Part shown: positions 20,111-29,592 of the stretch, piece by piece | Numbering within the stretch: position 1 is the stretch's first letter | Layout of the letters: the number at the start of each line of letters is the position of its first letter | Origin: Trichomonas gallinae | Lineage: Eukaryota | Reading direction: 5' to 3' | Assembly: GCA_008369845.1 (NCBI GenBank) | Contig: MRSU01010452.1 | Coordinates: forward strand, 62,001-94,907 | DNA: 32,907 nt | Notes under the pieces: model-generated | What the model saw: the letters and a program-made list of their open reading frames with translations, nothing else | Told to the model about the DNA's origin: nothing | The model's database searches: none | Position numbers and translations under genes: made by a program

Positions 20111-22036
20111 TTAAAAGTCGTCGTCATCTTCGAAGTCATCATCATCATCCTTCTTCTCCTCTTGCTGTCCACTCTTCTCGAATGAGTCCTCAAAGGAATC
20201 TTTCTTCTTATCATCGTCTTTGTCATCTTCGAAGTCATCATCGTCTTTCTTATCATCATCCTTCTCGAAAGAGTCATCATCCTTCTTCTCTTCTTTGTCA
20301 TCCTCGAAAGAATCCTGCTGGCCACTCTTTTCGAATGAATCTTCAAACGAATCTTTCTTCTTTTCGCTTTCAAAGTAATCATCATCTTTCTTCTCTTCAT
20401 CTTTCTCAAATGAATCTTCGTCCTTCTTTTCTTCATCTTTTTCGAATGAATCCTCTTCCTTCTTATCATCATCATCATCTTTCTCGAATGAATCATCCTT
20501 CTTTTCGTCATCAGATTTTTCGAATGAGTCGTCTTTCTTTTCGTCATCTTCGAAGCTCTTATCGAAGGAATCTTCTGGTTTGTGATCTGACTTATCGAAT
20601 GAGTCTTCGAATGAGTTTTCTTCCTTCTTGTCATCATCGAAGTCGTCAAGCTTCGCCTTCATGACGTTGCCGAGAGAAAGGTCTTTCTCCTGATCTTTCT
20701 GCTTGAGCTTCTGGTCGATTTCGTTGTCCGAGTAACTCTCCATGTCATTATCATTATTCTTGTCAGGAGATTGCAATGAAGAGGTTCTTCCTGGGCTTTG
20801 TTGCTTGCTCTTCGTTCCGCTTGACCTTCTCGTTGAGCTCTTCGACGTCTTCGGGCGGACAACGACCGGTTCCTTCCTGCGAGTTGACTTCGGCTTCGAA
20901 GGAGTCTTCTCTTCACTCTTTTCTTCTTCTTTGTCTTTATTGTTGAATCTCATCAGCAAGTCTCTCCTCTGTTGCTCTGACTTCTGTTTTGTTCTTTCTG
21001 CGTCATTCCTTCTCTCTTCGTCTTGCTTCTTCTTCTCGTCAGCCATCTTTCGTTCCTTCAGTTGTTTGTCGCGGGCAAATTCGGCGTTAATTGAGCGCCT
21101 TCTGTTCTCTCTGCGTGCTTTGATAACTAGGAACTTCTCTTCACGCTGCTGCTTTTCGGCTTCTTCCTCTTCTTCTGACATCTGCGGATAAATCTTTTGA
21201 GAAAGTTCTTCAACATCAACCAAATCTTCCTCTGGCATGTCAAGAGCTCTCATGTGATCGTTTAACTCCTGTACAATCGAGAAAAGATGATCAACATAAT
21301 TTTGTTGCTTCATTGGATGTAATTTTTCCTTGAGACGTAAGTTTTTGATGTTAATTTTATCATCCATTTGGTCAACCATCATTGATCTTTGTTTCGAAAT
21401 ATCAGAATTTGAGCGAATCGGCGGCTCTGACTTTTCATGTATCATTTTTGAGTTGAGATCATCGAGAACAGCTTTAAGCTCCTTATTTTTCTGTTGTAAA
21501 TACTTTAGGTTATTTTCTTTGATTCTAATTTCTTGATATTGAGGGGAAACAGACATAACAGCCAGCTGCTTTATGACGTCATCATTCTTTTGGCTCGCAT
21601 TATGTGCCGTTTTCTCAGTTCTCTTTATCTCAATCATGAGATATGCTAATTCACTTTGCAATGAACCAGCAAATGCAGTATTTTGCGCTTGTTGAAGTTC
21701 CTGTAATTCATTATTAAGTTCTTGAATATCTGCTTCGAGATTTTGCAGTTCTTGCTTCTTTTCGTTTTCTTTTTTCAATTCATCTGGATTTCCGTCCAAA
21801 AATTGTGCCAAAGCATCGGTGTATCCTTCTCTATCGTTTAATGTCTTTGTTTCTCTGTCCAGTTGCTGTTTTACTTGATTATAATTGTCGAGTGATTGAT
21901 TATATTGCTGTAATGCGACTTTGAATTCGTCAATGAGATACTCCTGCTCATTCAGCGGGTTCCCGCCTCTCCAGTAGAACTCCTCTTTCTGGTATTGGCT
22001 GGGCGGACGGGTTGGAAAAGGATCCTTCCTCGTCAT
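20111..22036 (-). CDS. Coiled-coil protein with an acidic repetitive C-terminal tail, 641 aa
   Basis: Q/E/K/L-rich heptad region, a basic Ser-rich linker, then about 180 aa of DSFE(K/D)DD..KK repeats. Confidence 0.88.
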   Translation of the reverse strand: MTRKDPFPTRPPSQYQKEEFYWRGGNPLNEQEYLIDEFKVALQQYNQSLDNYNQVKQQLDRETKTLNDREGYTDALAQFLDGNPDELKKENEKKQELQNLEADIQELNNELQELQQAQNTAFAGSLQSELAYLMIEIKRTEKTAHNASQKNDDVIKQLAVMSVSPQYQEIRIKENNLKYLQQKNKELKAVLDDLNSKMIHEKSEPPIRSNSDISKQRSMMVDQMDDKINIKNLRLKEKLHPMKQQNYVDHLFSIVQELNDHMRALDMPEEDLVDVEELSQKIYPQMSEEEEEAEKQQREEKFLVIKARRENRRRSINAEFARDKQLKERKMADEKKKQDEERRNDAERTKQKSEQQRRDLLMRFNNKDKEEEKSEEKTPSKPKSTRRKEPVVVRPKTSKSSTRRSSGTKSKQQSPGRTSSLQSPDKNNDNDMESYSDNEIDQKLKQKDQEKDLSLGNVMKAKLDDFDDDKKEENSFEDSFDKSDHKPEDSFDKSFEDDEKKDDSFEKSDDEKKDDSFEKDDDDDKKEEDSFEKDEEKKDEDSFEKDEEKKDDDYFESEKKKDSFEDSFEKSGQQDSFEDDKEEKKDDDSFEKDDDKKDDDDFEDDKDDDKKKDSFEDSFEKSGQQEEKKDDDDDFEDDDDF

Positions 22037-22156
22037 AAAACGTATTTTTTGTCAGTTTTCTTTTTCTTTTTTCGCTATTTATTCGATTTTCATATCATAT
22101 ACATCATAACATTCACTTTTTGTAATATGATTATAACAAAATCCTCATTATTTGAA

Positions 22157-22560
22157 TGAAATTTATTTAAATTTGATTTTTTTAATTCATATTATGATTC
22201 TATTAATTATATATTTTACATTTTATTATATAATGATCTCAAAATTCTCTTTTTTTGAATAAAATTTTTAATTTTTGTGTTTTTAATTCATATTATGATT
22301 GTATTGATAATATCTATCACTTTTTACAATATAGAAATCTTAAAATTCTGTTTTTTTTTTTTTTTGATGAAATTTATTTAATTTTTGTGTTTTTAATTCA
22401 TATTCTTGTTCTGGTTATTATATATTTTACATTTTGTAATTTAATAACCTCAAGAATTCCATACTTTGAGTGAAAATCACACAAATATTTTATTTTAAAT
22501 TCATATTATGATTCTATTTATAATATATTGCTTTTTACAATATAATTGCAACAAAATTTT
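22157..22560. repeat. Degenerate ~105-110-nt AT-rich tandem repeat x4
   Basis: AATTCATATT(ATGATT) cores near 22184, 22285, 22395 and 22498, each followed by TTTTACA and AA(A/G)A(A)TT. Confidence 0.75.
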
Positions 22561-22910
22561 TGTTATATTGATTGAAATTTCAATATCAGTGTTTAAACTG
22601 AGACTACTATAAATGATAAACTATACTTCGCCAAATAAGTAAATCGTGTAGTGATATTTTATTGATTTTAATTGTATATTTTGAATGGTATATTTTATAG
22701 GTTTATGATCAAAGTTAGTATTTAAAATGTGGTTTTCAAGGATAAATTGTATTTGTTCTTATCAAATTTATATGTAAATCATATATGTTTTTAAATCTTA
22801 ATGACATTTAAAAATGATGTATGATCTTATTATTATTAAAAAAGAAGCAATGTTAATAAAACAGATACATCTTAGCATAAAACACATTTAAGAAAAAATA
22901 AAAAATAAAT

Positions 22911-24104
22911 TTATAACATACTTAACAAATCTTGCGCTTCCTTAACATTTTTTGTGGCAAGTTCTGTGCAGAACGCTTTGAGGTCAGAAACTAATTCGGG
23001 TGTAAAAGTATAATTTGAAGTCTTGAAAATATACATAACTTTTGTAAATATACGTGTTTTCCTTAACGCAGACTGTCCATCCTTCAAGCTCTGGATGAGT
23101 TTGATCGAATTTTTCGCATATCCTTGTAAGAAATCAGCCGGCGGCGAGCCGCTCAAAACAAAATGGCGAACAACATCGATTGAGTTTACTGTTACATCTA
23201 GAGACTGTAAGTTTTTGAGAATCTGTGGCTTTCTATTTCCTAAAGCAACAACAATTTCTTTGGCGACGTCAGGATTGTTTTCTATGAGCGAAGAAAATCT
23301 GTTTGGTGGAAATTTGGATTCATCGAAGATAGAGGTGTCCCTCTTGAATTCGGAGATTAATATATTTGTTTCGTTCGGTTTTAATTTTGTATCTGCTGCT
23401 TTTGCGATCAGTAGAAGTATCGATGATTTAGCTGATGTCGTAGATGCCGCATCAAATAGGAAAGAAGGCGTGTTATAAGAATAAATTGGAACAAGTTCTG
23501 GCATTTCGCCCTCAAAAATCGGTGCAATGTCTGGTATTGGACGTGTGAAAGGAGCTTCGAAGTTATTCCAGAAGATTTCGCTGGTCAGAAGCGCAAATAA
23601 AGCTTCATCGTGAGAAATTTGCTGACAATTCGTTTCTGCTGTATTTGAGACTACAACTGGCGAAATCCTCGGATTTGGTGTTGCTGCTTTGTCGAAAATC
23701 GGATCTTTCTGCGGTGGAAACTGAAAGTGTGGTGACAAAATATTATTCGCGGACTCTTTTGATGCAGAACCAAATCCATTTCCATTTAAAATCGATGATA
23801 AAATTTCATGTAGTTGCGGGGAAATGTAGTTTGCGTTTGATTGGTAGACATTTAACAAAGTTTGAATAAATGGATGAGATTTTAGTGGCTGCTGTTTTCC
23901 TTCGTTAAACAATATATATATTCCGACAATCTGCTGTGAATGGCTCAGTAATCCATCAGTTAAAAGGAGAGATATTCCTGTCAATGCTTGAACTTTATCT
24001 TCAAAATCGAAATCCGAGTTGAATTTCGTTCCAATGGACTCCAGGGAATCGTCAACATTGTTTAGTATCTCAAGAACTGATTTTGCTACTGATGGACGAA
24101 TCAT
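22911..24104 (-). CDS. CNOT11: CCR4-NOT complex subunit CNOT11-like protein
   Basis: C-terminal LIENNPDVA..LDVTVNSIDVV..PADFLQGY..IQSLKD..RKTRIF..DLKAFCTEL..KEAQDLL matches the CNOT11 C-terminal domain; upstream EAPFTRPIP also fits. Confidence 0.82.
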   Translation of the reverse strand: MIRPSVAKSVLEILNNVDDSLESIGTKFNSDFDFEDKVQALTGISLLLTDGLLSHSQQIVGIYILFNEGKQQPLKSHPFIQTLLNVYQSNANYISPQLHEILSSILNGNGFGSASKESANNILSPHFQFPPQKDPIFDKAATPNPRISPVVVSNTAETNCQQISHDEALFALLTSEIFWNNFEAPFTRPIPDIAPIFEGEMPELVPIYSYNTPSFLFDAASTTSAKSSILLLIAKAADTKLKPNETNILISEFKRDTSIFDESKFPPNRFSSLIENNPDVAKEIVVALGNRKPQILKNLQSLDVTVNSIDVVRHFVLSGSPPADFLQGYAKNSIKLIQSLKDGQSALRKTRIFTKVMYIFKTSNYTFTPELVSDLKAFCTELATKNVKEAQDLLSML

Positions 24105-25029
24105 TTAATTTTTTTTTCGGTTGGCCGATAAAATAAACTTTCTTTTCTAGTTTTTGCCAAATATTACATCTGTATCATGAGAAAATCACTTTTTCTATTA
24201 TAATTCAGGTGATTTTTACCATTTTTTTTTTTGCTTATTTGTTAAAATTCACTCTTTATGGTAATTTGTTTGCATCCAGCATCATAAATATCCATTAGCT
24301 AGTGTGCAGAAATATATATCTTCAAGCGAATCCAATGTAATGTTCGTGAAATATTATTTTTTTTGCATACCTTTATTATATTATTAGTTTTCGTTTAAAA
24401 AATGATAATATTGCAGCTGCATTCTCTATATTTTACTATTATACGTGATGATTATTAATTGAAAATTTTCATTGCAAATATTTTTACATGACGGATTGTC
24501 ATATTTAGTGAATTTTTGTAAAATTTACATGTCAAGCTTTGTCAAAACTTTTCAAAACTCGATTTTGTAAAAAATTGCCTTTTCTAGTCACCTTTGCCAT
24601 GAACATTGCTAGCAATAAGTGAAACTATTACAATGTTTAAAAAACTCGGCAAATGTCGAAAAGTAATCATTAATCATAATTTATAGTAAAGATAGCGCTG
24701 TTGCTTCATATAAAGTCTTGACAAAAACTATGAAACAGATGTATACATGAGCTCAAGGTTTTGCACATCGAATGGTTTGAAACTGTGATTTGAAATCTTA
24801 GCACGTAAGAAACTTCGCCACTACAATGAAAAGAATATTTACTTCGCTTTCCTTGAAGAAACAGGCATTTTGCTCCACAGCTACTCTAATCCAACAAAAA
24901 TCCTCCATGTTGCACTCCAGAAAGTAACTTTGAATGGAAAAAAGCACCTCAATATCTCAATTATTGGATTTTCAAATTACGCTCTTAACTTCTCAATCAT
25001 ATATAATAAAGGACATTGTTGATGTTGTG

Positions 25030-25101
25030 ACTTCAGGCCGGAAGCGATGATGACGCCGAAGGCACAGTAGTGCTATCATCGCCGGAGACCCGATTTTTTT
25101 T
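25030..25101. ncRNA. Unidentified GC-rich stem-loop element, candidate small RNA
   Basis: GCGATGATG (25044-52) pairs with TATCATCGC (25074-82), with an inner GCAC-AGTA-GTGC hairpin, flanking CCGG/CCGG, and a T8 run at 25094-25101. Confidence 0.35.
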
Positions 25102-25291
25102 AACCCCCAATAGCGAACCATATGATATATACACTATAAATAATTAATAAATTAAACAATTAACTGATTTACTGATATTTAAAAATCAATATATTTAAAA
25201 ATATCATAAAATAAACAAATTTATGGAGCAATGATTTATATATGGTATTAAACATACAATAAATGAAATGTAAAGGTGAACTCTGTTAAAT

Positions 25292-25792
25292 TTAAACAAC
25301 TTTTTCCATTGAAGAATCATCTTTCCACTTAGGATGTGCAAATAGACACTTTGGACCATCAGGGCAAAAACCTGCAAGGTAGTTAAGACAAATGGCTCCG
25401 CGTGGTGTGTGTTTCCTCTTGCATTTATCACCTTTATTGCAAAAGCCTCTAAGATACCACTCACAGTCTGTGCCGATCATAGCGGTATCATCGTGACGGA
25501 AAATGCATTCGAATTTGTTAGAACACTCGTGATGCTTCTCCCAAAAATGACATTTCTTCATTTTATCGATATCATATTCATGTAATGACTGGCATCTGTC
25601 TCCATGGATGCAATGAGTATTGACCCATTTATCGCAAACGACTTGGTGAAAACTGTTTCTATCTTTCTTTGATAATTTCGATATATAATCATTTAGCTCA
25701 CGCTCTTCATTCTCATCAACTTCGCGAAGAACGGATTCGAATTTAAATTCGAGATTCTGCTGCTGGTTCTGAAGATTATGAAAGTACCACAT
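25292..25792 (-). CDS. CPSF4: CPSF30/Yth1-like CCCH zinc-finger protein
   Basis: VVCDKW..CIHGDRCQSLHEYDIDKM..CHFW..CSNKFECIFRH..CEWYLRGFC.KG..C..KH..ICLNYLAGFCPDGPKCLFAHP gives four CCCH fingers. True ATG at 25792, preceded by AAAAGTGAC. Confidence 0.9.
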   Translation of the reverse strand: MWYFHNLQNQQQNLEFKFESVLREVDENEERELNDYISKLSKKDRNSFHQVVCDKWVNTHCIHGDRCQSLHEYDIDKMKKCHFWEKHHECSNKFECIFRHDDTAMIGTDCEWYLRGFCNKGDKCKRKHTPRGAICLNYLAGFCPDGPKCLFAHPKWKDDSSMEKVV

Positions 25793-25966
25793 TATAATTT
25801 TGTCACTTTTCAGTAATTGTTTTGCCAAAATTTAATTTACAAACATTCTCAAAATCAGAATTTTTGACATGTAATATTACATTTAAAATGACAGTTTACA
25901 TGTCATTTTGTCGAATTACATGTCATTTTTTATTTACAATAATCGATTTATTTTCAAAACAAAATT
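25793..25966. promoter_or_regulatory. Compact bidirectional promoter between CPSF30 and the HMG-box gene
   Basis: 174 nt between divergent ATGs. AAAAGTGACA on the minus strand at 25801-25810; TTACATGTCA copies at 25865 (reverse), 25896 and 25916. Confidence 0.6.
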
Positions 25967-26245
25967 ATGGAAAAACCATTGCAAAGACAATCGGCATATA
26001 ATGTTTTCTGTTCAGAGATGCGCGTTAAACTGCATAAGGAGTATCCCCATAAAAAATTTGGCGAGCTTGCTAAAGAAATAGGAATCTTATGGAAAAAAGT
26101 TACTCCAGAACAGAGAAAGGAGTACGAAGCTAAGGCCGCTGTGGTTAAAGAAGAAATTAAACAGGCGAAAATCCAAGAAGAGGAAGAGAAAAATAAGCCG
26201 GTCGAGGAAGATTCAGATTTTATCTCAGCTACATACAGTGACTAA
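25967..26245 (+). CDS. Single HMG-box protein (NHP6/HMGB-like)
   Basis: RQSAYNVFCSEMR..YPHKKFGELAKEIGILWKKVTPEQRKEYEAKA followed by an acidic tail. Confidence 0.92.
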   Translation: MEKPLQRQSAYNVFCSEMRVKLHKEYPHKKFGELAKEIGILWKKVTPEQRKEYEAKAAVVKEEIKQAKIQEEEEKNKPVEEDSDFISATYSD

Positions 26246-26380
26246 TACCATATACATAATATATGAACTTTTTATGAAAAAAGTCATAATTTAGAATGTT
26301 TATATAGAAATATGTAAAAAAAAGCTTAACTATATCAGAATAATATATTTATAAATAACATCTATGAAATAAAACATTAA

Positions 26381-28105
26381 CTAATAAATCATGTCGTCAC
26401 CTACATCAGGAACGTCAAAATTCAAAATACTATCAGGAAGCAAGAAAGATGCATCTGTTGCAAGCAGAGCCAAATCTTTCATAAGCTCATTATGCTGATA
26501 GTAATTGTTTCTTTCTAAATAATCCGCAATTTTGTCTCCGATTGCTGTCGATTTGTTTTGATTTTGGTCAGTATTAGGAATTGGTTGCTGCTGGTAATCT
26601 ATTTTTAGTAGAGAGAAGTTTCCTAGCAATGCATTCAAGATTGTATTCATTCCTGTTAAAGTAATAAAATTATTTGATATATCTAAGTACGACAGCGATG
26701 AATTATTAGAAATTCCTTCGGCTATATACTCACATCCTGGGTCTGATATATGGCAGTCGCTCATAGAAATTGATGTCAAAGTTGTATTAACCTTTAAGAG
26801 CTCGCAAAGCGACTTCATGGCGTCGGATGATAAGATATTCTTTGAAACAGATAGTTTTTGGAGTGTTTTGTTGCTTTTAAGTGCACGACATATTGATGCA
26901 AAACCTTTCTTTGTCATATCAACTTCATTGAGCTCAATACTCTTTATTGATTTATTGTTCTTGAGTTTAGAGGCCAAGAGATCGATTGAAGCATCTCCAA
27001 AACTGTTTCCACTCAATCTCAGAGTAATAATGCTTTCATTTTGCTCGAAAAGATCGCTGAACATTGCAGCACCTGAGTTATCTATTTGGTTGTGTCTTAA
27101 GTCGAGCATTTTCAATTCTTTGTTTCCAACTAATGCAGTAGCAAGCGGCCAAAGGCCGTTGCTTCCAATAAAGTTTCTTGAAATATCTAGGAACTGAAGA
27201 GTAGTATTTTTGTTAAGACAAACACCAAAATAACTGGAAGCTTTGGCTGAAAATTTATTTGCTCCGAGATGTAGCTTTTGAATGAATTTGTTCTCAGAGA
27301 TCATTCTTGAGATGTAGTACGCTGCTTTATCGTTAAGTCTGTTGTAGGAAAGCGCGAGTGTTGTTAAGCATCGATTGCTTTTCAAAGAATTGCAAAGAAT
27401 TTGCAAAAATTCTGGTGTAATTTCACAACTCCAAAGGTATAATGATTGTAAATGGCAATTTGCATCCGAAAGCATGCTTCCTAAAGAAAATATGATTTTT
27501 TCGTTGAATTTATCTTGGAGGAGAAGAGTTGTAAGCGTTGTGTTAGTTAAAAGTGCATCAGCAAGCTCTGCAGCACCTTCTTCTTTGCATCTGCAGTTGA
27601 TTAAATCTAACCCACTTAAAATTTTGTTTTTTGTAAGGGCAAAAGCTATTGCTTTCACACCAGAATCACCGATATTTGTATTTCCTCGAAGATCGAGCCA
27701 AAGTACCGGTGCATTCTTTTCAATTGCTCTTGCGAGGGCTCTGGCTCCTCTAATTTGGAATTTGCTCTTTCGAAGTATGAGCATGATGTTATCTCTATTT
27801 GGAGGAAGATCAATGAGGACTTGCGATAAATGTTCGATCGCATCATCATCAACGTTGTTATCTATGATCTCTAAGTTCGTAATCTTTGGATGATCCTTCA
27901 GCAAATCGAATATCCTCATGCAAACTTCCTTCGAAATAGAGTTACATTGAAGAGATATTTTGGAAATAAAACTGTTTGCCTTCAGGGCATCAATTAATTT
28001 AAATGCGACCTCATCTTTCATTTGCACGTTGACTAGATTGATCGAGTTAATGATCGGATCATTCCTGCGCAGCATAGGTATGATCTTCTCTAATCGCTCG
28101 CTCAT
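26381..28105 (-). CDS. Leucine-rich repeat protein, RNI-like (28-aa repeats, NLRC3-LRR-like)
   Basis: Repeated N.TL..L.LS.N.I...G...LA.AL units along the whole length; no NACHT P-loop seen. Confidence 0.92.
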   Translation of the reverse strand: MSERLEKIIPMLRRNDPIINSINLVNVQMKDEVAFKLIDALKANSFISKISLQCNSISKEVCMRIFDLLKDHPKITNLEIIDNNVDDDAIEHLSQVLIDLPPNRDNIMLILRKSKFQIRGARALARAIEKNAPVLWLDLRGNTNIGDSGVKAIAFALTKNKILSGLDLINCRCKEEGAAELADALLTNTTLTTLLLQDKFNEKIIFSLGSMLSDANCHLQSLYLWSCEITPEFLQILCNSLKSNRCLTTLALSYNRLNDKAAYYISRMISENKFIQKLHLGANKFSAKASSYFGVCLNKNTTLQFLDISRNFIGSNGLWPLATALVGNKELKMLDLRHNQIDNSGAAMFSDLFEQNESIITLRLSGNSFGDASIDLLASKLKNNKSIKSIELNEVDMTKKGFASICRALKSNKTLQKLSVSKNILSSDAMKSLCELLKVNTTLTSISMSDCHISDPGCEYIAEGISNNSSLSYLDISNNFITLTGMNTILNALLGNFSLLKIDYQQQPIPNTDQNQNKSTAIGDKIADYLERNNYYQHNELMKDLALLATDASFLLPDSILNFDVPDVGDDMIY

Positions 28106-28151
28106 TTTTAACGATTATTTTCCCCTCAATTTATGCGTCAGAAACAAAAAA

Positions 28152-28373
28152 TGCCACGTAAAGATCAGTATACGACATGTAAACTTTTATTTTGGCATGT
28201 AAATTTTCGGATTTGACGCGTAAAATATAATTTGTAAAGCAAAAAAAATATGACAAGTAAAATATTATTTTTGATATTTTGGCATGTAAATTTAATATGT
28301 AAATAAAAAAATATGCTAAGAAATATATGTTTGTCATGTAAAAAAAATATTTGTCAAATATTTGACATGTAAA
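28152..28373 (-). promoter_or_regulatory. Cluster of about eight TTTACRTGNCA-like motifs (reverse orientation) upstream of the LRR gene
   Basis: TGNCAYGTAAA-like copies at 28152, 28173, 28193, 28214, 28251, 28280, 28332 and 28363. Confidence 0.6.
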
Positions 28374-28656
28374 TTAATAAATATAAATACTTCGAAGAAT
28401 CAAAATTGCTATGATTAGCTGCTAAACTTTGTTTCGAGCTTTCGCAAAAATAATTATATTAAAGAGTTGTTTTATCAATTGCATATTTAATGATGCGATA
28501 AAATAACAATAAAACAAGTTTGTAGCGTATTTCTAGGTTTTCGGCGTACCTGCATAGCTAAAAATATGACAAGTAAAATATATTTATGTCATGGGATCTA
28601 ACTACATGTCAAAATCTTCATATCATATACATTTATTCACACAATTCAAACAAGGT

Positions 28657-29346
28657 TTAAAAAGAACTTACACGCAACTTCTGTTGAGCTGCATCGAGCT
28701 TAGTATATATAGTGGAAAGCTCTTGCATAAGCCTTATAGCATCGGAATCTTTCGTGTTTTGTGCTGATTTCAATTGATAAACTGATTCATCTAGCACACT
28801 TGATAGCTTTTCGTTATTTGATTTCCAAAATTCATATAAATCCTGATATTCTTGCTGTTCATGATCAAGAATATCTTTTTGCTGGAGTAACTCATCGCAT
28901 TGTTCTCTCAGTACAATAGATTCTTCAAATACAGCAGTTTGCTGAGCTGATGCCTTTTGATCTTGTATTACAAGTGTGGATCTCTCCTGGCTTAAGTCCA
29001 CAAGCTTTGACTCTATTTCTTCTATTTGTTTTGATAAAATTGTAGACTGTTCTGATATATCTGTATCGTTTATATGAATGTTATCTAATTTTAGAATATT
29101 TGGATCAATGTTTAATCCTTCAAAAAACTTTGGTAAGTCTTTTACTTTGTTGTATAATTCAACTGATATCTTACCTGTGTTACTTAAATATTCTGTTATT
29201 TGAATATGATTGTTAAATCGGTCAATGCTTGCTTGTAAATTTGATTTTTCGCTATTAAGTTGTTTCCTCAATGATCTTCCTTCATCTAGTAATGATTTCA
29301 TTGCAGTATAATTTAATCCAGTGACTGGATACTGCAAATTACTCAT
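28657..29346 (-). CDS. Hypothetical coiled-coil protein, 229 aa
   Basis: ATG in AAAATG context, L/Q/E/S-rich heptads, stop within TAAA. Confidence 0.8.
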   Translation of the reverse strand: MSNLQYPVTGLNYTAMKSLLDEGRSLRKQLNSEKSNLQASIDRFNNHIQITEYLSNTGKISVELYNKVKDLPKFFEGLNIDPNILKLDNIHINDTDISEQSTILSKQIEEIESKLVDLSQERSTLVIQDQKASAQQTAVFEESIVLREQCDELLQQKDILDHEQQEYQDLYEFWKSNNEKLSSVLDESVYQLKSAQNTKDSDAIRLMQELSTIYTKLDAAQQKLRVSSF

Positions 29347-29592
29347 TTTGTCTGTTTAAAATTACAAAAGTGACATTTAAAAAAAATATTTTATCCTCGT
29401 TGATTATAATAATGATTAAAAGTGCAAAAAATTTAAGCAAATGAATTATTTTACTTCTTATAGTAACTTTTTGGAATGATAGCATCATCACACTTAAATA
29501 TCCACTGAGTAAGCATAGCTAGAAATGTGTAAAAAATCAATGTTTTGTCATGAGACCAAATTTACTTAAAATAAATCAAAAAAAAAAAAACT

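Noticed and set aside
20107..21191. M/K/R-rich and H/L/S-rich ORFs overlapping the acidic tail
   Set aside because: Alternative-frame readings of low-complexity D/E/K codons.
25031..25055. Similarity to SRP RNA helix 8 (CAGG.CGGAA) or, on the minus strand, the U2 5' end (ATCGCTTC..GGCC)
   Set aside because: The SRP AGCAG partner motif and the U2 GTAGTA branch-pairing region are absent.
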